From Deltaproteobacteria bacterium (GTDB taxonomy: Bacteria; Myxococcota_A; Polyangia; Polyangiales; JADJMO01), in assembly GCA_025363655.1 (NCBI GenBank), contig JANYDK010000081.1, forward strand, positions 29,132-93,131: a DNA stretch of 64,000 bases, written 5' to 3'. Each line of letters starts with the position of its first letter. Positions within the stretch are counted from its first letter, which is position 1. Position numbers and translations under genes: made by a program. The notes below the pieces were generated by a model. That model searched no databases, was not told the DNA's origin, and saw only the letters and a program-made list of their open reading frames with translations. Shown here piece by piece: positions 56,909 to 64,000 of this stretch.

Positions 56909-58115
56909 CGAGCGCGAAGACGAGCGCGAGCGCGACTCCACCGAGGAGGCCAGCCGAAGCCCGAGCGGGCGCGTACGCACAACTGCCGTCGCTCGTTGGC
57001 CGAACGTCGCTCGCGTCTCCCGCGTCGAGCACGTCGGCGGCGACCTCGGACGTGGCATCGGGAATGACAGGAGCGCTCGCACAGGCGAGGGCGCATCGGC
57101 AAGCCTCGGGCCCGGATGGCCAGATGCGCGCACAGGACGCGCCCATCGCGCACGCCGTTTTTTCGTCGCACGACGACGTGAAGGCGGAGGGCAAGAGCCC
57201 ATCGAGGACGCAGGTGCCCCCCGCGATCGGGTTGCAGCGCATGGCCGCCGGGCAGTCGGCGTCGATGGCACACGTCTGGTTGCAGATGGCCGGTAGGGGC
57301 ACGGCTCCGCTCGGCATGCCCGCGGGCGAGGACGCGGTCTCGGCGACGAACGGATCGACGAAGGCTCGTACCGCATCGACGCGGACGTCGAGGGCGTCGA
57401 CCTTGCACGCGGTGTCCCCTGCGACGGTGACGCCGACGAGCTGCTCTGGGCCGCCGTCGGCGCCAGCGACGAAGACGGGCCCGCCGCTGTCGCCGGTGCA
57501 GGACATCGCCGGCCCTGGCACCGCACGAAAGGAGGCCGCGCCGATCGAGGCGATCGTCGTTGGGCCCTGACGTTTTGCGCCTGGCGTCGAGCCCGTCGTG
57601 CCGTCGATTCCGAAGCCGACGACGCGCGCGGAGACTCCGACTGCCGCAACGTCGAGCGAACCCATCGTCACCGGGGCGATGCCTGGATCGTCGCCGAGGC
57701 GGAGCAACGCGATGTCGAATTCGTGCGTCGCCTTGTCGTAGCTGGGATGCGTGCGGGTGGCGGTGACGGCGAAGAACCGGCCGCCCCCCTTCCCTGCGTC
57801 GGTGCCGACGTAAATCTCGAGCGCGCTGCCGCGTTCGAGGCAATGCGCGGCAGTGAGCACGACGCGTGGAGCGACGAGCGTCCCCGTGCAGAACGGCTCG
57901 GCCGTGAAGGTCGCGCAATCGGTTCGACGCGAGACGATGGCGACGACTGCCGGGTCGTCGGCGTCGAGCATGCCCCCGACGACGGGCGCGGACGTGCGTT
58001 CGAGCGGCGCGGTCTCGACGGGATCTCGCGAAGCGCAGCCGCTGCCGAGCGCTGCACACGCGGCAAGCGATGCCGCAGCGACCCTGGTCGTCAGGTCACT
58101 TCGGCGCCGTCGCAT
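56847..58115 (-). CDS. trypsin-like (S1) serine protease lipoprotein with Cys-rich spacer and MYXO-CTERM-like tail
   Basis: Catalytic triad contexts LTAAHC, DIALL and GDSGGP. Signal LAACAALGSG|C. C-terminus GSCAYAPARASAGLLGGVALALVFALVSVRR. Confidence 0.85.
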   Translation of the reverse strand: MRRRRSDLTTRVAAASLAACAALGSGCASRDPVETAPLERTSAPVVGGMLDADDPAVVAIVSRRTDCATFTAEPFCTGTLVAPRVVLTAAHCLERGSALEIYVGTDAGKGGGRFFAVTATRTHPSYDKATHEFDIALLRLGDDPGIAPVTMGSLDVAAVGVSARVVGFGIDGTTGSTPGAKRQGPTTIASIGAASFRAVPGPAMSCTGDSGGPVFVAGADGGPEQLVGVTVAGDTACKVDALDVRVDAVRAFVDPFVAETASSPAGMPSGAVPLPAICNQTCAIDADCPAAMRCNPIAGGTCVLDGLLPSAFTSSCDEKTACAMGASCARIWPSGPEACRCALACASAPVIPDATSEVAADVLDAGDASDVRPTSDGSCAYAPARASAGLLGGVALALVFALVSVRRAAPANRASSRRRRRH

Positions 58116-58665
58116 CGAGGGCTCCGGCGTCGATTTGGTACTGCGCGATGTCGGCCTTCATCTCCGACATCTGGGTCTGCAATCGCTTGAGGAGGATCTT
58201 TTTCTCGGCGGCCTCTTGCGTCTTTCCGGCCTTCTCGAGCTCGGCGATTTCTCCCTCGATGCGCGTCGCACGAACCTGCACCGCGGCGAGCGCCTTCTGC
58301 GTCTGCGAGGCCTCCCAGTCGGGCGTGATCGGCTTGGTGGGCGGCGAGGTGTAGACGCTTCCGCCCGGCACCGGGGGCGCGGTCGGGAGACTGTCGGCAG
58401 CGCTGGGAGGGGCGCTCGGGGCCGCGACGACGACGCTCGTGGAAGGGGCGAGCGGGGGGACGAGAGCCGTGGATGTCGGGCTTGGCGGCGGCGGCAGCGC
58501 GACGTCGGCGGGCGCCTGCGCGACGTCGGCCGCAGGCGGCGGCGGCGACGGTGTGGGGGAGGGCGGCGGACTTTCACGACCGAAGGCGACGAAGATGCCG
58601 ACGACGACGAGCGAGCCGCCACCGAGGAGGAGCGCCGGACGCCATTTCGCCAGCCCATCGGCCAT
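58096..58665 (-). CDS. membrane-anchored Pro-rich / coiled-coil protein
   Basis: Trimmed to ATG 58665 (MADGLAKWRPALLLGGGSLVVVGIFVAF). A Pro-rich linker is followed by a C-terminal heptad-like helix. It overlaps both neighbours, consistent with one operon. Confidence 0.55.
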   Translation of the reverse strand: MADGLAKWRPALLLGGGSLVVVGIFVAFGRESPPPSPTPSPPPPAADVAQAPADVALPPPPSPTSTALVPPLAPSTSVVVAAPSAPPSAADSLPTAPPVPGGSVYTSPPTKPITPDWEASQTQKALAAVQVRATRIEGEIAELEKAGKTQEAAEKKILLKRLQTQMSEMKADIAQYQIDAGALDATAPK

Positions 58666-59111
58666 CAGGGCTGCAGCCTCCAGGCGCCAGAAACCGACTT
58701 CACGCGGACGAGCTGCTCGCGCGGACCGTTCATCACCAGGCTCACGGTGACGAGCGCGACGCGCGGTTCGCGGCCGTCGGGCGCCGACTTCACGACTCTG
58801 TCGAACGCCATCTTGTGCTCGATCCAGTCGTCGTGCGTCTGCTTGCAATCGACCGCCGACATCGCCGGCTCGACGAGCTTGGCGAGCGCCGGACAATCAC
58901 CGGCAGCGACCGCGGCGTAATAGGCGACGACTGCGTCACTCGCTGCAGCGAGCTCGACGCCGCTCAGCGGGGTCACGCCACCGCCACTCGACGCGCTCGG
59001 CTTGACCGACTCGCCCGTCGCCGACGGGCTCGGAGCGTCGCGCCCGCACGCGCCGGTGCCCGACACGACCGACATGAACATCAGCGCTGCCGCCCGCGAC
59101 CCTCGCGTCAT
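58665..59111 (-). CDS. small lipoprotein
   Basis: Trimmed to ATG 59111 (MTRGSRAAALMFMSVVSGTGA|C). TGATG stop/start overlap with the downstream gene. Confidence 0.55.
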   Translation of the reverse strand: MTRGSRAAALMFMSVVSGTGACGRDAPSPSATGESVKPSASSGGGVTPLSGVELAAASDAVVAYYAAVAAGDCPALAKLVEPAMSAVDCKQTHDDWIEHKMAFDRVVKSAPDGREPRVALVTVSLVMNGPREQLVRVKSVSGAWRLQP

Positions 59112-59190
59112 CGTCGTCTCGAACGTAGCACCAACGACAACCGCCGCGGCCACACAGGGCTCCGCGGCGGTGAGTCAGCGTCGAGGTTTT

Positions 59191-60093
59191 TCAGCAGTTC
59201 GGCGCGCCGCCGAGCCAGGTCGCGAGAGCATCGTCGAGCGTGTACGAGAACTCGTCGTCGCAATACAGGCTGGCGACGGCGTGGCCGTTGCGCACGCAGC
59301 TGTCGTGGTTGACGCAATCTTGCGTGTAGGTGGTCGAGCTGCCGCAATCGATGCCGCAGCGGCCGTAGCAGTCACCGTATTCCCAGGGCCAGCTCGCGTG
59401 ATCGTAGGCGGCCGTCGTGTAGGCGTTGCCGTTCCAATACTGTGTGTTCGCGCCGGCGCCGCCGTAGTTGCCGATGCTGGCATAGACCGAGCTGTTCGCC
59501 TGCCAGTTGTTGAAGCCGGGGCTCGAGCAGTTGTGGGTCGCCGTGACCCACGTGTACATCTTGCTGCAGAGCGAGGTCCAGCTGCGACCTTCTTCTGCGA
59601 GCACGCGCCGCGTCAGCTTGAGCGAGCTCGGCCAGTCGGCCCACGACAGGGCGACGTGCGTCACGAGGTCAGCCTCCTTGTTGCCGTCCTTCACCAGCTG
59701 CGCGAGCTCGGTGTGGAGCGCCTTCTCGAAGGCGACGAGGACGGGACGGTCGTCCTTGGTCAGCTGCGTGTCGCCGCCGCCCTCGCTGGCGAAACCGTCG
59801 AAGCTGACGGCGCCCTTGGTGAACGTCGCGTCGAGCGTCAGCCCGCGCGTCTTCAAGGTGGTCGAGTAGACCTGATCGGCGTCGCGGGTGACCTCGAACT
59901 GAAGCGTGTCGGCGGCGAACTTGAACGAGCCCGACAGCTTGCCGTCGGTGTTCGTCGTGATCGTCAGCGCGCTCTCGCCTTTTCCTTCCCCGGCTCCGGC
60001 AGTCGGAGTCGGCGAAGTGCTCTCGGCCGCACATGCCATCGTCCCCATCGAGACGACCATGAGAGCAGCGGCGACGAGAGTATGGGAACGCAT
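59191..60093 (-). CDS. lipoprotein with Cys/His/Trp-rich C-terminal domain
   Basis: MRSHTLVAAALMVVSMGTMA|C. C-terminal segment WPWEYGDCYGRCGIDCG...YTQDCVNHDSCVRNGH. I cannot assign a family. Confidence 0.6.
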   Translation of the reverse strand: MRSHTLVAAALMVVSMGTMACAAESTSPTPTAGAGEGKGESALTITTNTDGKLSGSFKFAADTLQFEVTRDADQVYSTTLKTRGLTLDATFTKGAVSFDGFASEGGGDTQLTKDDRPVLVAFEKALHTELAQLVKDGNKEADLVTHVALSWADWPSSLKLTRRVLAEEGRSWTSLCSKMYTWVTATHNCSSPGFNNWQANSSVYASIGNYGGAGANTQYWNGNAYTTAAYDHASWPWEYGDCYGRCGIDCGSSTTYTQDCVNHDSCVRNGHAVASLYCDDEFSYTLDDALATWLGGAPNC

Positions 60094-60346
60094 TCGGGGG
60101 CCTCCAGTCAGGGTTCGCCTTCCCCTTCAGCAACCCGCTGGCCAACTCGATTTGCCGTGTTTTTTCCAACTTAGTTCGGCATGTGAACGTTCAAATTCCG
60201 AACCTTCGTTCAGAACCTGAACCTACTCGACGGTCTTCTGACGCCGGAGATCATCGCGATTGACTCGGCCGCCCAGCTTCGCCAACACTCACGCAGTGAA
60301 CGGTCTTCGGGGGACGAGGCTTCGGTGGGTGTGCGCCATCGAGGCG

Positions 60347-61153
60347 ATGATCTGCGCGACGATCGCGACGGCGCCACAGACCGCGTCGGCCGCTGGTGAC
60401 GAGCTGGTCGGTTCGGGCGTCGCTCTCGGCGTCGGCGGCGGCGTGAGCGCGCTCGTCGGCGTCGTCGTCCTCGCGAAGGCGCGCCCACCGACCGAGTACT
60501 GCGACGTCGGTGGCGGCTGCTACTACGAGGTCCACACCGACAAGTCGCTGGGGTATGCGCTCGTCGGCGGCGGCGTCTCCCTCGCCGCGTTCGGGGTGCC
60601 GATGGCCCTCGTCCGCGGCGCCGAGAGCGGCACCCACGAAGACGTCGGCGCGATGCAGGCGGGCGCGTGGCTCACGGCGCTCGGCACCTCGTCGGTGGTG
60701 GCTGGCATCGGCGGCCTCGTCGGTCCTGAAAAAAGGCTGGAAGGAGAGGGCGCGCTTCTCGTCGTCGGAGGCGGCGTCCTTGCCGCGGTCGGCCTCCCGA
60801 TGTGGATCGGCGGCGCTGCCAGCGTCGAGGGCGCGACCCGGCCACGCAGCGTCGTCACCCGATCGATCGGCATCGGCCTGACGATCGTCGGTTCGCTCAC
60901 CGCGGCCGCTGGCGTCGTCATGATCGCCGCCTCCGCGGGCCACGGCGACTCGGACGGGCAGCAGATCGGCCGCGCCATCGGCTACTTGCTGCTCGGCAGC
61001 GGCGGCGTCGCAAACGCGGTCGGCATTCCCTTGTGGGTGGCCGGCGACGCCGATCGGCCGCGCCTGACGACGACGACGGCGAGCTCGCTCCCGCCGTCGC
61101 TGCCGCGCATCGCCATCGGTCCGCGCAGCTTCTCGCTCGCGTGGTCGTTCTGA
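60347..61153 (+). CDS. Gly/Ala-rich polytopic membrane protein
   Basis: The track ORF starts at TTG 60260. ATG 60347 (MICATIATAPQTASA) gives a plausible signal. Several GGGV-rich hydrophobic helices follow. The start is uncertain. Confidence 0.5.
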   Translation: MICATIATAPQTASAAGDELVGSGVALGVGGGVSALVGVVVLAKARPPTEYCDVGGGCYYEVHTDKSLGYALVGGGVSLAAFGVPMALVRGAESGTHEDVGAMQAGAWLTALGTSSVVAGIGGLVGPEKRLEGEGALLVVGGGVLAAVGLPMWIGGAASVEGATRPRSVVTRSIGIGLTIVGSLTAAAGVVMIAASAGHGDSDGQQIGRAIGYLLLGSGGVANAVGIPLWVAGDADRPRLTTTTASSLPPSLPRIAIGPRSFSLAWSF

Positions 61154-61348
61154 GGCTCGTTTCGGGAGCCATCGAGCACGTTCACACGGTCATCGACTCG
61201 AAGACCTGGTTCATGAACGACGGCTCGGGCATCTGGCGCACGGCCAATGGCGCACCTGATTTACGACCCTAATCATCATCTGCCGGATTCGACGAACTCG
61301 ATCAGCGGAATCTAGCGCGTCGTCGAGCGGTGAGGCTTGGACCGAGTC

Positions 61349-61744
61349 TCACTCTTTCGTGCAGTAATACGTCTCGGTGATGTCGTAGAGAAAGAGCTTC
61401 AGCGTCGGCCCGCTGTAGTCGTCGACGCGGATATTCTTGTAGGTGCCGTCAGTGGTGATGTTTCGGCCGTCGACTGTGAAGGTGTAGTCGTTGTCGACTG
61501 TGCCGAGGGGGCTCTCGACGTGTTGGTGGAGCTTCCCGCCGGTGGCAAAGATCCAATGAATTCCCTTCGCCTCTTTGACCTCGCCGCCAGGCTTTTGCGT
61601 ACCAGTGACGTGGCAGCTTCCCTGCAGCGCAGCGAGCATCTTCGGCGCTTCCGCGGGACTGAGAGGCGCGGGGGTCACCGGAGTCACCGTGGCGCAGCCG
61701 ACGCCCGCAGCTACGGCGATGAAGAGAGCGGCTTTGACGAACAT
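61349..61744 (-). CDS. small lipoprotein (lipocalin-sized)
   Basis: MFVKAALFIAVAAGVG|C. Its GC is visibly lower than that of its neighbours. Confidence 0.6.
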   Translation of the reverse strand: MFVKAALFIAVAAGVGCATVTPVTPAPLSPAEAPKMLAALQGSCHVTGTQKPGGEVKEAKGIHWIFATGGKLHQHVESPLGTVDNDYTFTVDGRNITTDGTYKNIRVDDYSGPTLKLFLYDITETYYCTKE

Positions 61745-61808
61745 CGGAGACGACTATCATCGACTGGATAAGCACTCAAGACCCGCGCCTCATCCAATCC
61801 ATGCTCCA

Positions 61809-62441
61809 CTATCGACTCGGTGGTCGCCACGTGCCGATGAAGAAGTGTCCAGCGGGAGGGTCGAGATGATCATCGACGGACGAGCACGCTCGTGCCATCG
61901 GAGTACGACGTCGTGTCGATCGGGTTCTTGACGCCGTCGAAGACGTTGTTGTCGTCGAGGATGCTCGCGCCCACGCCGAGGCCAATGCAGTGGCATCGGA
62001 GCCGTCCGAGATGTCGAGGTGATCGAACCACAAGTGGTGGGAGCTCGATTGGACGGTGATCGCGGCGGCGCCTCCGGAGCAGTCCGACGGGCCGTCGGCG
62101 CAGTCGTTCCCGACGACGGTGAGGTTTCGCACGATCACGTTCGCCGAGCCGATCAGCTGGATGTGACCGTGAATCTTGGCGCCGCACGTCCCCACGAGCG
62201 TCTTGTTCGAGCCGATTGTGACGTCGCCGGTGATGGTGCCGCTGATCTGGAGGATGCGTGCGTCGGTGCCGCCAGCGTTCGTCGTCAGGTCGGCGAGCGT
62301 CGAGACCTTGACCGTGGTGCCAACAGCGCCTCCGGTCGTGGTCGCGACGGTGGCTCCGCCGATGGTGAGAAGGAGTCGTTTGCGCAGCGCGGCCTGGCTC
62401 AAGTCTTTCGCCATCGCCGAACGACTCGCTTCCAGCCGCAC
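61809..62441 (-). pseudogene. degraded pectate lyase (PL1-like) remnant
   Basis: The N-part reads KTLVGTCGAKIHGHIQLIGSANVIVRNLTVVG...HHLWFDHLDISDGSD. The frame then degenerates into Ser/Thr/Arg junk near 61990. A second frame (61870-62000) reads IGLGVGASILDDNNVFDGVKNPIDTTSYSDGTSVLV. The central beta-helix turns are missing. Confidence 0.5.
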
Positions 62442-62585
62442 GTCACGGGTTGCCAGTCACCGCTCCTGTCACGTGCAGCCTAGCGTCCACTCAGGTGCAG
62501 CCGCGCGTCACTGGTTTCCAGTCACCGCTCCTGTCGGGTGCAACCTGCGGTCACTGGTTTTCAGTCACCCCCCCTGTACGGCGCC
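62441..62585. repeat. tandem ~40-bp direct repeats carrying GTCAC motifs
   Basis: R1 is 62441-62480 (CGTCACGGGTTGCCAGTCACCGCTCCTGTCACGTGCAGCC). R2 is 62506-62545 and matches R1 at 35/40 positions. R3, about 62548-62585, is diverged. Confidence 0.85.
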
Positions 62586-62736
62586 ATCCCGTGACCCCAT
62601 CCCCTAACGCCGCGCGTCACCACCTCGCGCGCCGCGGCGTAGCCATTCCTCCGCCGTGACGCTAAGAAGTCGCGCCCCCGAAGGTTTCGGCCCTTCGCCC
62701 ACCTCGGATGGTCACTCGGTCACGGAGGAATTTCCC

Positions 62737-63846
62737 ATGCTCGTCGGCGTCCCCAAAGAAATCAAAACTCGTGAGTATCGCGTCGGCATGACCCCCGCTG
62801 GCGTGCGTCAGCTCGTCGGGCGCGGCCACAAGGTCATCATCGAGAAGAGCGCCGGCGAGGGGAGCGGAATCGCCGACGAGGCCTACGTGAAGGCCGGCGG
62901 AACGATCGTGAACGGCGCCGCCGACGCGTGGGGCGCCGAGATGGTCGTGAAGGTGAAGGAGCCGCTCAAGGCCGAGTACGGCTTCTTCCGCAAGGACCTC
63001 CTCCTCTACACGTACCTCCACCTCGCCGCCGAGCCGGAGCTCACCAAAGAGCTCGCCGCCAAGGGCGTCGCCGGCGTGGCGTACGAAACGATTCAGCTCG
63101 ACGACGGCTCGCTCCCGCTGCTTCGTCCGATGAGCGAAGTCGCCGGTCGCATGGCCGTGCAGGTCGGCGCCTCGTGCCTCGAGAAAGAGCACGGCGGCAA
63201 GGGCGTCCTCCTCGGCGGCGTGCCCGGCACTCGTCGTGGTCGCGTCGTCATCCTCGGCGGCGGCGTGGTCGGCAAGAACGCCGCCCGCATCGCCATCGGC
63301 ATGGGCGCGCACGTCACCGTGCTCGACGTGAAAGGCGAGCAGATGGACTACCTCGAGGACGTCTTCGGCGCCTCGATCGAGACCCTCTACTCGAACCCCG
63401 CCAACATCGAAGAGTGCGTGCTCCGCGCAGACCTCGTCATCGGCGGCGTCCTCGTCACCGGCGCGGTCGCTCCCAAGCTGGTCTCGCGCGATCTCATTTC
63501 GCGCATGGAAAAAGGCTCCGTCGTCGTCGACGTCGCGGTCGACCAAGGCGGCTGCATCGAGACTTGCCGTCCGACGTCGCACGATCATCCGACGTACGAG
63601 GTCGACGGCGTCGTCCACTACTGCGTGCCGAACATGCCGGGCGCGGTCGCGCAGACGAGCACCTTCGCGCTCACCAACACCACCATCGCGTACGCGATCC
63701 AGCTCGCCGACAAGGGGGCCAAGGCCGCCGCGCACGGGAGCAAGGCGCTCGCTCTCGGGTTCAACACCTTCGCGGGCCAGGTCGTCTACCAGCCGGTCGC
63801 GCAGGCGCACAAGATGGAGTACGTCGAGCTCTCGAAACTCATCTAA
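62737..63846 (+). CDS. ald: alanine dehydrogenase
   Basis: [24 protein letters not shown]-terminus and NAD motif [22 protein letters not shown] lies 6 nt upstream of ATG 62737. The track ORF start at 62656 was rejected. Confidence 0.93.
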   Translation: MLVGVPKEIKTREYRVGMTPAGVRQLVGRGHKVIIEKSAGEGSGIADEAYVKAGGTIVNGAADAWGAEMVVKVKEPLKAEYGFFRKDLLLYTYLHLAAEPELTKELAAKGVAGVAYETIQLDDGSLPLLRPMSEVAGRMAVQVGASCLEKEHGGKGVLLGGVPGTRRGRVVILGGGVVGKNAARIAIGMGAHVTVLDVKGEQMDYLEDVFGASIETLYSNPANIEECVLRADLVIGGVLVTGAVAPKLVSRDLISRMEKGSVVVDVAVDQGGCIETCRPTSHDHPTYEVDGVVHYCVPNMPGAVAQTSTFALTNTTIAYAIQLADKGAKAAAHGSKALALGFNTFAGQVVYQPVAQAHKMEYVELSKLI

Positions 63847-63878
63847 GGCATGTGAGACTTTTCGTCTCCTCATCGAAG

Positions 63879-63908
63879 CGGCGCTCTCGCGAGGGGGCGC
63901 CGTTTTTT
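63879..63908 (+). terminator. rho-independent terminator after ald
   Basis: CGGCGC (63879-63884) pairs with GCGCCG (63897-63902), followed directly by TTTTTT (63903-63908). Confidence 0.6.
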
Positions 63909-64000
63909 CGTTCGCGGCCGGCTATGCTCGGCGCGTGACGGAGACCCGGGCCTTCACCTGTTCGCGTTGTAGCTTCGTGGTGCACCTGCCGCCGTCGGTC

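Noticed and set aside
60195-60214. A myxobacterial-type LexA box (CTRHAMRYBYGTTCAGS) around CCGAACCTTCGTTCAGA.
   Set aside because: Only about 14 of 17 positions fit, including mismatches at constrained positions. No SOS-type gene is adjacent.
63936-64000. A possible plus-strand gene start at GTG 63936 (VTETRAFTCSRCSFVVHLPPSV..., CxxC zinc-ribbon-like) running off the window.
   Set aside because: Only 21 codons are visible, which is too short to support a call.

Overview
This is a 64-kb, very GC-rich (by eye about 68-70% GC, strong GC3 bias in real genes) bacterial chromosomal segment, densely coding on both strands. The high GC fills the six-frame track with long spurious Arg/Ala/Pro-rich ORFs. 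I kept only frames showing family motifs, signal peptides or lipoboxes, or normal composition, and I trimmed many track ORFs to internal starts. About 57 CDS or pseudogenes are supportable.

Content: ordinary housekeeping genes are present (truB, miaE, fdhD, mobA, two-domain PPK2, ald, DUF47 plus Pit phosphate transporter, TrmO, MoxR ATPase, M1 and M20 peptidases, P450, crotonase, HAD, acyltransferase). They are interleaved with an unusually large set of predicted secreted lipoproteins: Cys-rich, Sel1/Hcp-like, FG-GAP, MopE-type Cys-rich repeats, and a trypsin-like protease with a MYXO-CTERM-like tail. This mix suggests a myxobacterium (Myxococcota); that is inference only. I recognised no rRNA, tRNA, CRISPR array, transposase, integrase or phage gene, and no canonical defence system.

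The signals most worth follow-up are non-coding or architectural:
1. An identical 28-nt imperfect palindrome at 21197 and 52468, with a diverged third copy at 25911. Each sits at the 5' end of a minus-strand gene or operon: two peptidases and a lipoprotein plus two orphan histidine kinases.
2. A tandem 40-bp repeat and 12-copy GTCAC array upstream of ald.
3. A 578-bp lower-GC gap (37846-38423) with nested hairpins and a plus-strand terminator that no CDS explains (candidate ncRNA).
4. A compact MoxR-TrmO-Mut7-C RNase operon lacking the usual VWA partner.
5. Tandem Tat-signal, C-tail-anchored esterase paralogs.
6. A 908-aa lipoprotein built from about 19 near-identical Cys-rich modules.
7. Decayed RHS and pectate-lyase remnants.

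None of these is proven to be a new system. All functional links are hypotheses that need searches I cannot run.
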